From assembly GCA_029864565.1 (NCBI GenBank), contig JAOTTD010000004.1, positions 6,727 through 70,726 on the forward strand: 64,000 nucleotides of DNA. Reading direction: 5' to 3'. Below are positions 9,888 through 17,557 of this stretch, piece after piece; position 1 is the stretch's first letter, and each line of letters begins with the position of its first letter. The position numbers and the translations under genes were made by a program. Origin of the DNA: Thermoplasmata archaeon (GTDB taxonomy: Archaea > Thermoplasmatota > Thermoplasmata > UBA10834). Under the pieces are notes generated by a model. That model was not told the DNA's origin, ran no database searches, and saw only the letters and a program-made list of their open reading frames with translations.

Positions 9888-10180
9888 GCGTCCAGTTCAT
9901 TTTCATGAATTATCGTTCAATTCGTTCGAATCCGCAAATCACTTCGAGATCCTTTTCATTCCTATCGTATCAGATTCGAGCTTCATCGATCAGAAACGGA
10001 TTCTGTCCCCGAATCGGCTTACTGGCTATAATTCTGATTTATCACCCATGATGACTTCCCGATGAATAGGGCACACACTGACGAAGGGGCCGAGAGGCCC
10101 TAGTGACCTGGTTTAATCACAGTTTCATCCGCGAAAACATTATCTGCCCATGACATATCTCCTCATGAGAAGTGGCGAAC

Positions 10181-11518
10181 ATGCCAGTATGTCCTTTGGA
10201 TTTCAGATACGGCCGCGCTGAGATGAAGGCCATTTTCGACGAGGAAAACCGCCTCCAGAAGCTTCTCGACGTCGAAGCAGCACTTGCCTTAGCCCATGCA
10301 AAGGTTGGCAACATCAAGCAGGACCACGCTGACATCGTGAAGAAGACCGCCTCCGTGAGGTTCGTCAAGCTCTCTAGGGTGCAAGAGATTGACGCCGAGA
10401 TCAACCACGAAATCACAGCGATAATCAGGGTCCTAAGCGAACAATGCGGTGAAAGCGGCAAGTACGTCCACCTGGGCGCCACATCGAACGACATACTCGA
10501 CACGGCCGCGGCGCTTCAGCTAAAAGACGCCATCTCGATAATCGAGAAAGGTTTGGAGGCCCTGAGGCTGACTCTCGCGAAGCGGGCGAAAGAGAACCGG
10601 GACACCATAATGATTGGCAGAACGCACGGTCAGTACGCATTGCCTATTACGTTCGGTCTCAAGATCGCCAACTACGCGCTCGAGATTCATAGACACGAGC
10701 AGAGGCTGTGCGAATGCAAAACCAGGGTATTGGTGGGCAAGATGAGCGGTGCCGTAGGCACCGGTTCTGGTTTCGGAGCGATGGCGGTGGAGATTCAAAA
10801 GGCAGCCATGGCGAACCTGGGATTGGGGGTGGAAGATGGTCCAACACAAATTGTAGCCAGGGACCGATACGTGGAGCTCATGGCGGTTCTCGCCAACATC
10901 GCGACTTCGATAGAGAAGTTCGCCACAGAGATAAGGAATCTACAGCGTGGCGAAATAGGCGAGGTCGCCGAACCGTTCGACGACGTGGTCCAGGTTGGCA
11001 GCTCCACCATGGCTCACAAGCGCAATCCTGTCATGGCGGAAAACGTCTGTGGTCTCGCGCGTATCGTTCGCGGATTCATGACGCCTGCGATGGAGAGCGC
11101 GATTCTATGGCATGAACGCGACCTAACCAACTCCTCAGCCGAGAGATTTTTCATCTCCCATTCGTTCATTCTTCTCGATGATATAGTCGCGAAGACGGAG
11201 AAGATGTTCAGGAACCTCGTTGTCAACAAGGATAGAATGCTCGAAAATCTAAGAAAGGCGGGAAGTGTGATAATGGCCGAGTCGGTAATGATGGCCTTAG
11301 TGTCCAAGGGGATGGGACGCCAGGATGCCCATGAACTAATCAGGAGGTGCAGCATGGACTCGCAGAAGGCATGCGAGGATTTCAAATCATACTTGATAGC
11401 GAACGAGAGCGTCGCGTCACTTCTAAGCGAAGAGGAGCTTGATGGCGTTCTCGACCCGCATTCGTACCTTGGCAGTGCTGGGGCCACTGTGGACAATATA
11501 ATGAGGATCGTCGCATAA
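10181..11518 (+). CDS. purB: Adenylosuccinate lyase
   Basis: PLDFRYG at the N-terminus, the fumarate-lyase signature region GSSTMAHKRNP, and about 445 aa. ORF track start GTG 10172; the ATG at 10181 is likelier. Confidence 0.92.
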   Translation: MPVCPLDFRYGRAEMKAIFDEENRLQKLLDVEAALALAHAKVGNIKQDHADIVKKTASVRFVKLSRVQEIDAEINHEITAIIRVLSEQCGESGKYVHLGATSNDILDTAAALQLKDAISIIEKGLEALRLTLAKRAKENRDTIMIGRTHGQYALPITFGLKIANYALEIHRHEQRLCECKTRVLVGKMSGAVGTGSGFGAMAVEIQKAAMANLGLGVEDGPTQIVARDRYVELMAVLANIATSIEKFATEIRNLQRGEIGEVAEPFDDVVQVGSSTMAHKRNPVMAENVCGLARIVRGFMTPAMESAILWHERDLTNSSAERFFISHSFILLDDIVAKTEKMFRNLVVNKDRMLENLRKAGSVIMAESVMMALVSKGMGRQDAHELIRRCSMDSQKACEDFKSYLIANESVASLLSEEELDGVLDPHSYLGSAGATVDNIMRIVA

Positions 11519-11564
11519 GCAAAGCTAGATATACTGGACCGAGATTCAACAGCATTCTATCAGA

Positions 11565-11639
11565 GGGCCCTTAGATCAGTGGAAGATCGCTTCCTTCGCA
11601 AGGAAGAGGCCGTGGGTTCAAATCCCACAGGGTCCACCA
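11565..11639 (+). tRNA. tRNA-Ala (anticodon CGC), CCA encoded
   Basis: The cloverleaf folds by hand: acceptor GGGCCCT/AGGGTCC with the G3:U70 alanine identity pair, D stem GATC/GATC, anticodon stem CTTCC/GGAAG with loop TTCGCAA, and T arm GTGGG-TTCAAAT-CCCAC. 72 nt plus CCA. Confidence 0.93.
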
Positions 11640-11641
11640 TT

Positions 11642-11667
11642 CCTGAGAAAAGGCCATAGGGGCGGAG
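11642..11667 (+). repeat. Motif copy 1: CCTGAGAAAAGGCCATAGGGGCGGAG, immediately 3' of tRNA-Ala
   Basis: Read directly. Near-identical copies at 15864-15888 and 16608-16632; degenerate copies at 14047-14072, 15677-15700 and 18687-18710. Confidence 0.85.
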
Positions 11668-11708
11668 AGAAGGCCTTAAGGCATCGAAGGCGATTCCGAC
11701 CTGAGGAG

Positions 11709-12107
11709 ATGGTCTTTACGAGGACGGGCGCTCTGATTGTAGTGGTATTGGGGATTGCGATTGGCGCGATTGGACTGATTACAGCGGTCGTCTTCCAGAA
11801 TGCTGCCAATTCAATGAGCATTTGGGAGAGGTTCACAAGTCCAAGTGAATACGATTTCAACATGGAGATGGTGGGCATTGGATGGGTAGTCGCAATCGTG
11901 GGCGGAATCATGTTCATCATAGGATTGGTGCTGCTTCTCGTATCTGTGCAGAGCTCTCAGGGGAAGAGCAATGCCCAGGCCGGTATGATGTCGCCCGCGC
12001 CCGCCGCAGATGGCATGGGCGGTTTCTGCCAGTATTGCGGAAGGCCAGTATCCCCTGACGCAGTATGGTGCCCTGGATGCGGCAGGTCACTGAAGAAACA
12101 GCCTTGA
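11709..12107 (+). CDS. Small membrane protein with C-terminal zinc ribbon
   Basis: Two hydrophobic helices (ALIVVVLGIAIGAIGLITAVVF, VVAIVGGIMFIIGLVLLLV), then CQYCGRPVSPDAVWCPGCG. Confidence 0.5.
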   Translation: MVFTRTGALIVVVLGIAIGAIGLITAVVFQNAANSMSIWERFTSPSEYDFNMEMVGIGWVVAIVGGIMFIIGLVLLLVSVQSSQGKSNAQAGMMSPAPAADGMGGFCQYCGRPVSPDAVWCPGCGRSLKKQP

Positions 12108-12242
12108 TTTTGACCCTAAAGCCTCTCAGAGGCATTCAGGTGCACCTGTACCTCATCGACCATTGCGCCAGGTTCTTGGCCGAATCGAGAAATCGTTGGC
12201 GTTTGCGGAGGGAATAGGTCAGGAAACTCATCCTTCTGAGCC

Positions 12243-13025
12243 CTATACGCCCTGGAGACCCTTTGATAAACTGTAGAGCTTCCATCCGAAGAGGAGAGGG
12301 AAGATGATGAAGGCGACAAGCACGAAGGGGATGACCGAGTCGGAGTCGACCCCAAAGACGGACATCCCTGCGACCACAGCCACCCCGAGCACCATACTCA
12401 CCCCGCCAAAGCGCTTGCCAAAGGCTGGGGACCCGAGCATGGCCACTCCGAGGACGATGAAACCTATCGCCATGAGGATGAACCCTACGGTGTCCGTCTC
12501 ATTGAATATGCCCTGGGTCGCCTGCCACATGAGGACGAGTGTCGCCTGCTCCTCGGGGGTCGTTCCGGGAGCGTGATAGAGGTCGGAGATCGGGTTGAAA
12601 GCAATATTCGGGAGCGCTCCGACAGCGAGCACTGCGAGACCCACAAGGCCCAGGCCGCTCCCGAAGAGAGCGGGCGCGACGCTCGTCCCGCGGAGAGCCC
12701 GATACAAGGCAAGGAAGAGTGTGACCAACAAGATGACGGCCACCAGGTAGAGGCCCTCCCCCACCGCAATGGCCGCTCTGTCCTCGGGGAACCTCATGAC
12801 CAATCCCTCGGGGTCGGCAGGCTCCTGTGGCACCAACGCGAGTAGTATGACGGCTGTAAGAATGAAGAAGATTGGTACCAGCATTCCGGCCAGACCGCCC
12901 CATCGCAGAACGCTCTTCTCGTCTCCCATGTACTTCCCAGCCGAGATAACGGAACTTTTCCTATATAACATATCGCGAATCCCGAAAACGATTTCTCGGA
13001 AGTCTCGCGCCTCTAGTATGATCAA
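12243..13025 (-). CDS. Polytopic membrane protein, function unknown (possibly DUF4386-like)
   Basis: Five to six hydrophobic segments. The likelier start is Met33 (12929, MGDEKSVLRWGG...). Confidence 0.5.
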   Translation of the reverse strand: MIILEARDFREIVFGIRDMLYRKSSVISAGKYMGDEKSVLRWGGLAGMLVPIFFILTAVILLALVPQEPADPEGLVMRFPEDRAAIAVGEGLYLVAVILLVTLFLALYRALRGTSVAPALFGSGLGLVGLAVLAVGALPNIAFNPISDLYHAPGTTPEEQATLVLMWQATQGIFNETDTVGFILMAIGFIVLGVAMLGSPAFGKRFGGVSMVLGVAVVAGMSVFGVDSDSVIPFVLVAFIIFPLLFGWKLYSLSKGLQGV

Positions 13026-13231
13026 TCCCAGAAAACCGAGAAACGGCTCATCAATTCATGCGCATATCTTTGCACACATGAACGAGCTATCTGGGAGGCC
13101 GGGCATGCGCCGATGGGCCCACCACTCATCCGGGTCGAAAGTCCAAGAATGCTGTATTGCACCCCATCGAATACAGTCGTCCCGTGGGGAGTGATGGCGG
13201 TTGAAAATAGGAAAAGCGAAAGGGGTTTGGT

Positions 13232-13327
13232 CATCTCTCGATTCTTCTCCTCGACGAAGATGCCCTAACAAGGGCATTTTGGGGTGTGAGCCAGTCAGTT
13301 TCGTGGTCCCTTATCCCAATGTGGCCA
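13232..13327 (+). repeat. Degenerate copy of the ~100-nt repeat ending in a decayed tRNA-Ala 3' core
   Basis: Same block order as 13943-14043 and 15758-15858: ATCTCTCGA..CCTCG, hairpin ATGCCC-N6-GGGCAT (13260-13277) followed by TTTGG, AGCCAGTCAGTTTCGTGG, then TTATCCCAATGTGGCCA (12/17 match to the core). Confidence 0.7.
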
Positions 13328-13380
13328 TATTCGAAAGTGGTTTATATGCGCGCTGACTTCATGACGTGGGGGAGTTCGAG

Positions 13381-13926
13381 ATGAATATTCTAAGGCTAAG
13401 TGCTGCCATCTTCTGTTCAGTTGCCCTTCTGTCCATTATGCTCGTAGATACACCATGTTCTGTAGAAGCACAAGGAGAACATCTGCTTACGGACACTGTT
13501 TTGATTCCAGGAAGGACCGACTACTCTGTTGAGATCACCATGGATGTGAATGAACGATTATTCTGCCGCTCAAACACCGACTATGAGACTCCACTTCGCC
13601 TTCAGTTCGCCAATCCCGACGGAACCTTGAGGCTCATGTCCACCTCAACACAAGGAAGCGATTACACCGAGTACTACTATGTGACAGTGAGGGAGAATTA
13701 CTACGTCTATTTCGATACGGGCGCGGAGGGAGTCTATCGAATAACATGGGAGAACACAAATTTGGCGAATGCTTCACTGGACTATTTTGTCGTGAACGCA
13801 GGATACATTCCACCTGAAGAAGACCCCCCACTTGTTAATGCGGCAGTGCTTGGGCTGGGGATTGTTGTGGCTATTGAAGCGGCAATCATGGTGGTATTAC
13901 TAACCCAAACACGCAAAAGGAAATGA
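13381..13926 (+). CDS. Secreted, C-terminally anchored protein, function unknown
   Basis: N-terminal signal-like helix (LSAAIFCSVALLSIMLV), a Tyr/Thr-rich beta-type middle, and a C-terminal TM plus basic tail (VVAIEAAIMVVLLTQTRKRK). Confidence 0.5.
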   Translation: MNILRLSAAIFCSVALLSIMLVDTPCSVEAQGEHLLTDTVLIPGRTDYSVEITMDVNERLFCRSNTDYETPLRLQFANPDGTLRLMSTSTQGSDYTEYYYVTVRENYYVYFDTGAEGVYRITWENTNLANASLDYFVVNAGYIPPEEDPPLVNAAVLGLGIVVAIEAAIMVVLLTQTRKRK

Positions 13927-13942
13927 TACAAAGGGTTTTCAC

Positions 13943-14043
13943 GCTATCTCTCGATACGGTTCCTCGGCAAGAAATTCCGGTCCCTGGAATTTTCGACCAC
14001 TAGCCAGTCATCTTCATGGCACCTAATCCCACAGGGTCCACCA
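13943..14043 (+). repeat. 101-nt direct repeat ending in an exact 19-nt copy of the tRNA-Ala 3' end (att-like)
   Basis: 91/101 identical to 15758-15858 by hand alignment. Internal hairpin AAATTCC-N7-GGAATTT at 13972-13992. Core AATCCCACAGGGTCCACCA at 14025-14043. Confidence 0.9.
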
Positions 14044-14046
14044 ATT

Positions 14047-14072
14047 CTGAGAAGAAGCTGTGGGGGCAGAAG
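14047..14072 (+). repeat. Degenerate motif copy (CTGAGAAGAAGCTGTGGGGGCAGAAG)
   Basis: Sits in the same position relative to the tRNA-end core as copies 1 and 4. Partial identity only. Confidence 0.5.
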
Positions 14073-14231
14073 GGCTTTAGGAGACGGGGGCAGACGACAA
14101 GTTCATCATTTCCATCCCACAAGGGGAATGGAGACCCACATCAACCCGGCACTAACCCCAGGGAAGACCGACTGACTCTGAGTCGGTCGCTCAGATCCCG
14201 TGTCAGGAGTCGACTCGGCGGACAATCACGG

Positions 14232-15623
14232 TCAGCTCAACAAGGTGTCCACGCACTCAGCAAACACCGCGGTGTGTCTGTCAACGTCCTTCGCTGTCGT
14301 AGATGGCGAGATCAGAGCCATGTTGTGGAACGGCGTCATGAGTATGCCTCTGTTCAGCATCATGAGGTGCAGAAGCTTCTCGAGCTCAGCATCCTTTGCC
14401 ATGTCGGCTTCAGCCCCGTCTCTCGGTGCGTTCTGACAGAAGTGGTACTCGATGCGCACTCCCAAGCGGGCGACATGCCACGGGACTCCCCTGCTCTTGA
14501 TCACGTCGTCGACGCCCTTCTCGAACCGTTCAGCCAGCGGCATCATTCTATTGAAGGCCTGCTTGGTAATCACCTTTTCAAGAGTCGCCCTCATCGCGGC
14601 AACCGCGAACGCGTTGCCTGTCAGCGTGCCTCCGAGCCCGCTCTCGTCCGTGCCATCGCTCAATATGCGTTCCACAATCATGTCCGATACATATTGGCTC
14701 ACTCCGAACGCAGCAACGGGCACCCCGCTCGCGAGCGGTTTGCCCATGGTTATCATGTCGGGTTTGAGACCCTGGACTCCGGTGTAGCCCCCCACGCCGC
14801 AGCATATGGTGTGGGTTTCGTCTATGATCAGAAGAGTCCCGGCCCTGCTGGTCAGTTCCCTGAGCGCATCATGATAGCCTGGGTCCGGGAGTATGATGCC
14901 CCGATTGGTCATCGCCGGTTCCATCAGGACGCATGCGACGTCCTCTGGCGACAGAGCCTCTTCCAGCGCACGGACGTCGTTGAACTGCACGGCCTTCGTG
15001 GTAGTTGACGGAGGCACGGGTGGTCCTATGTTCCCTCCCCGGGGAACGACAGCTCCGCCTTCCAAGTTGACGAGGGTCTCGTCCACCGTGCCGTGATAGC
15101 AGCCGTGCACTACAAGGACGTACTTCCTCTTCGTGACCTCCCTCGCAAGCCTTATCGAGAATCTGTTCGCGTCAGTGGCGGTCATCGCGATCTGCCAGTA
15201 CGGCAATCCAAACCTCCGAGCCAGCTCCTCGCCCACCCAGATGGAGTCCTCGGTTGGCAGCATCGTCGTGATGCCTCTGGAGACCTGCCTCCGCACGGCA
15301 TCGACCACAGGCTTTGGTGAATGGCCGAACATGGAGCCCGTATCTCCGAGGCAAAGGTCGAGATATCTGTTGCCGTCCACGTCCTTGAGGAAAGCACCCC
15401 TCGCCTCGGAAACGAAGACGGGGTAGGGCCCGGCCCATCGGACCATCCAGTTCATTGGAACTCCGGCGAGAAGCGATTTCTTGGCTCTTTGAAACAATGC
15501 ATTTGACTTCGGTCTGGATTCCACGAATCTCTGCTCTTCCTTCGCCTGCAATTCTCTCATTTGAGACCGATTAATGCTGACCATGAGCGATTCCTTCTTA
15601 TTGCCAGATTGCATGTGGTCCAT
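14232..15623 (-). CDS. Class III (PLP-dependent) aminotransferase, glutamate-1-semialdehyde aminomutase-like
   Basis: DGNRYLDLCLGDTGSMFGH, the IIDETHT block, and a candidate PLP lysine in TMGKPLASGVP. About 463 aa. Confidence 0.85.
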   Translation of the reverse strand: MDHMQSGNKKESLMVSINRSQMRELQAKEEQRFVESRPKSNALFQRAKKSLLAGVPMNWMVRWAGPYPVFVSEARGAFLKDVDGNRYLDLCLGDTGSMFGHSPKPVVDAVRRQVSRGITTMLPTEDSIWVGEELARRFGLPYWQIAMTATDANRFSIRLAREVTKRKYVLVVHGCYHGTVDETLVNLEGGAVVPRGGNIGPPVPPSTTTKAVQFNDVRALEEALSPEDVACVLMEPAMTNRGIILPDPGYHDALRELTSRAGTLLIIDETHTICCGVGGYTGVQGLKPDMITMGKPLASGVPVAAFGVSQYVSDMIVERILSDGTDESGLGGTLTGNAFAVAAMRATLEKVITKQAFNRMMPLAERFEKGVDDVIKSRGVPWHVARLGVRIEYHFCQNAPRDGAEADMAKDAELEKLLHLMMLNRGILMTPFHNMALISPSTTAKDVDRHTAVFAECVDTLLS

Positions 15624-15676
15624 TTATCATTATGCGGAAAGAAGGCCGACAGTAAGCAATGCTTGTGGCAAGATCC

Positions 15677-15700
15677 GCGAAAAAGCTCATAGGGGAGGAA
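15677..15700 (+). repeat. Degenerate motif copy (CGCGAAAAAGCTCATAGGGGAGGAA)
   Basis: Shares GAAAA-GC-CATAGGGG-GGA with the consensus. Lies just upstream of the third ~100-nt repeat. Confidence 0.45.
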
Positions 15701-15757
15701 ATGTAAAGGGTTTCGTGAGGGGCATTCAACCCCTCCTAGAAAGACAACGGGTTTGAG

Positions 15758-15858
15758 GCTATCTCTCGAGTTGGTTCCTCGGCAAGAAGTTCCGGCCTGT
15801 GGAATTTTGGAGCACTAGCCAGTCATCTTCGTGGCACCTAATCCCACAGGGTCCACCA
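15758..15858 (+). repeat. 101-nt direct repeat ending in an exact 19-nt copy of the tRNA-Ala 3' end (att-like)
   Basis: 91/101 identical to 13943-14043. Hairpin AAGTTCC-N7-GGAATTT at 15787-15807. Core at 15840-15858. Confidence 0.9.
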
Positions 15859-15863
15859 TTTCG

Positions 15864-15888
15864 CTGGGAAAAGGCCATAGGGGCGGAG
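15864..15888 (+). repeat. Motif copy (CTGGGAAAAGGCCATAGGGGCGGAG)
   Basis: Read directly. Follows the tRNA-end core exactly as copy 1 follows the real tRNA. Confidence 0.85.
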
Positions 15889-15990
15889 GGAGATTATTCC
15901 CGCACAGAAAGGAGTCTGAGAGCAAGCAAGAGACGAAATTGCCGAACCAATTCGGGGTCAACTTAATTAGTATATGCCTAGCTTCCCGGC

Positions 15991-16479
15991 ATGATGAGTG
16001 AGAAGATGGGCGATGTGGCCGTCCCTGATGAGGAGATGGATGTCATCAGCACTCCTGGCTTTGCCTGGAGAGTGGGGCTGTCCATACTCGTCGTGTTTGG
16101 CTGGCTAGCATTCTTGATAATATGGCTGTTCTTCTATGCTGAGGATTATGATGTGTGGCAGAACATCGCAATCTTCCTAGTCTCCATAATCGTCGGCATA
16201 GGCGTTCTTGCGGCTGCTTGGGTCAGTTGGGGCATCAAGTACGCGTCCAAGTCCGGCAAACAAGACACCAAGTTCAAGAAACCGAAGGGGGCGTGGATCT
16301 TGAACACTGTTGCTGGATTTGGCTGGCTCTTATTCCTCATAGTATGGCTTTACTTCTACGCGGGAGACTATAGCGGCTACCAGAACCTGGCCATCTTCAT
16401 CACATCACTTCTCGTGCTTGGAGCTGTAACGAGCAGCGCATGGGTTGTTCGATGGATTAGAACTTCAAGAAAGTGCTAG
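15991..16479 (+). CDS. Four-helix membrane protein built from an internal tandem duplication
   Basis: FGWLAFLIIWLFFYAEDYDVWQNIAIFLVSIIVGIGVLAAAWVSWGIK aligns with FGWLLFLIVWLYFYAGDYSGYQNLAIFITSLLVLGAVTSSAWVVRWIR. Confidence 0.55.
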   Translation: MMSEKMGDVAVPDEEMDVISTPGFAWRVGLSILVVFGWLAFLIIWLFFYAEDYDVWQNIAIFLVSIIVGIGVLAAAWVSWGIKYASKSGKQDTKFKKPKGAWILNTVAGFGWLLFLIVWLYFYAGDYSGYQNLAIFITSLLVLGAVTSSAWVVRWIRTSRKC

Positions 16480-16607
16480 GTATCGAGGAAGACATGTCTC
16501 GTTGATCGGAATGAGTTGAAGCGGTTTTTGCAGACGGAGACTCTGAACTCGAACGAAGCCGGCAGATAAGGTAGCCTGGCGGGTCTAGCGGCTGCATCTA
16601 GATTCCT

Positions 16608-16632
16608 CCTGAGAAAAGGCCATAGGGGCGGA
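16608..16632 (+). repeat. Motif copy (CCTGAGAAAAGGCCATAGGGGCGGA) without an adjacent tRNA-end core
   Basis: Read directly. Identical over 25 nt to copy 1, with a CCT duplication just upstream. Confidence 0.85.
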
Positions 16633-16721
16633 AGGAAGACTTATGTGAACCACCCTCAATCACAGTCCCTATGGGCAAGAGGAATTGGAAGGAAGAGGTT
16701 GTTGTCGCCAAGGGGAACGAA

Positions 16722-17384
16722 ATGGCTTCTGATATTAAGCCCGTTTACTTGGGCCGCATTATTGGCAATTGTTACATTGTAAGAACAGATATCGGTTCTA
16801 TCCTGATTGACACCGGAAGAGCCTCTAAGCGCGCCAAACTTGAAAAGGAACTTCGTGGCGCGGGCTGCAAACCAGGCAATCTCAACCTTATCATTTTGAC
16901 ACATGGAGATTTTGACCACACGGGCAATTGCGCTTACCTCCGCGAAAAGTTCGGCACAAAGATAGCCATGCACTATGACGATTCTGGAATGGTCGAACGC
17001 GGAAATATGTTCTGGAACAGAAAAACCGGAAATCTTACCATCAGAGCAATCGTCAATGTCTTCTTCAGGATAAAAAGATTCAAACCCGATTTTACTATAG
17101 ATGAGGGATACGACCTCTCCGAATATGGGCTCAATGCCAGAGTTCTTCATCTTCCGGGACACTCAAAGGGCTCGATTGGGATTCTGACAGCCGGTGGCGA
17201 CCTGTTCTGCGGTGACCTGTTCACCAATACGAACGAACCAAAGCTCAATTCCATTATCGACGACCCAGTGGAAGCGAGTGCCAGTGCGAAGAAACTGAGA
17301 AGATACGAAATCAAAACAGTCTATCCTGGCCATGGAAAGCCTTTTCCTATGAGCTCTTTGACTAGAAGTCTAAGGGATCCATGA
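16722..17384 (+). CDS. MBL-fold metallo-hydrolase
   Basis: ILTHGDFDHTGN (HxHxDH-type metal motif) and later LPGHSKGS and PGHG. ORF track start 16671; the ATG at 16722 (MASDIKPVYLG) is likelier. Confidence 0.8.
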   Translation: MASDIKPVYLGRIIGNCYIVRTDIGSILIDTGRASKRAKLEKELRGAGCKPGNLNLIILTHGDFDHTGNCAYLREKFGTKIAMHYDDSGMVERGNMFWNRKTGNLTIRAIVNVFFRIKRFKPDFTIDEGYDLSEYGLNARVLHLPGHSKGSIGILTAGGDLFCGDLFTNTNEPKLNSIIDDPVEASASAKKLRRYEIKTVYPGHGKPFPMSSLTRSLRDP

Positions 17385-17557
17385 GAGCACAATCGATAAA
17401 GGAAGAAAAAGGACGTCTGGCTATTCAAGGTGAAGACCCCACAGACTCCGCCATTCTTCCAGCTGATCTCAATCTCCGTCTCTTCCGGCAAAGCGACTGC
17501 TCGAAGATATCTCGCATATGTCCGCATGACCGCCACTGTTCTGCTCTGACGAAGTCA

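Larger units (their letters stand above)
11640..15858 (+). mobile_element. Putative stack of integrated-element remnants or gene cassettes inserted at tRNA-Ala, bounded by direct copies of the tRNA 3' end
   Basis: The exact 19-nt tRNA-end copies sit at 14025-14043 and 15840-15858, with a decayed copy at 13311-13327. Each is preceded by a roughly 100-nt repeat. No integrase lies inside. See findings. Confidence 0.45.

Noticed and set aside
14016-15008. 330-aa plus-strand ORF that starts inside the tRNA-end repeat, considered as a split SSV-type integrase fragment
   Set aside because: It runs antisense to the well-supported aminotransferase gene. It is Arg/Ser/His-rich and has no integrase motifs. 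The equivalent reading frames at the other two core copies are not conserved at the protein level, because indels break the frame.
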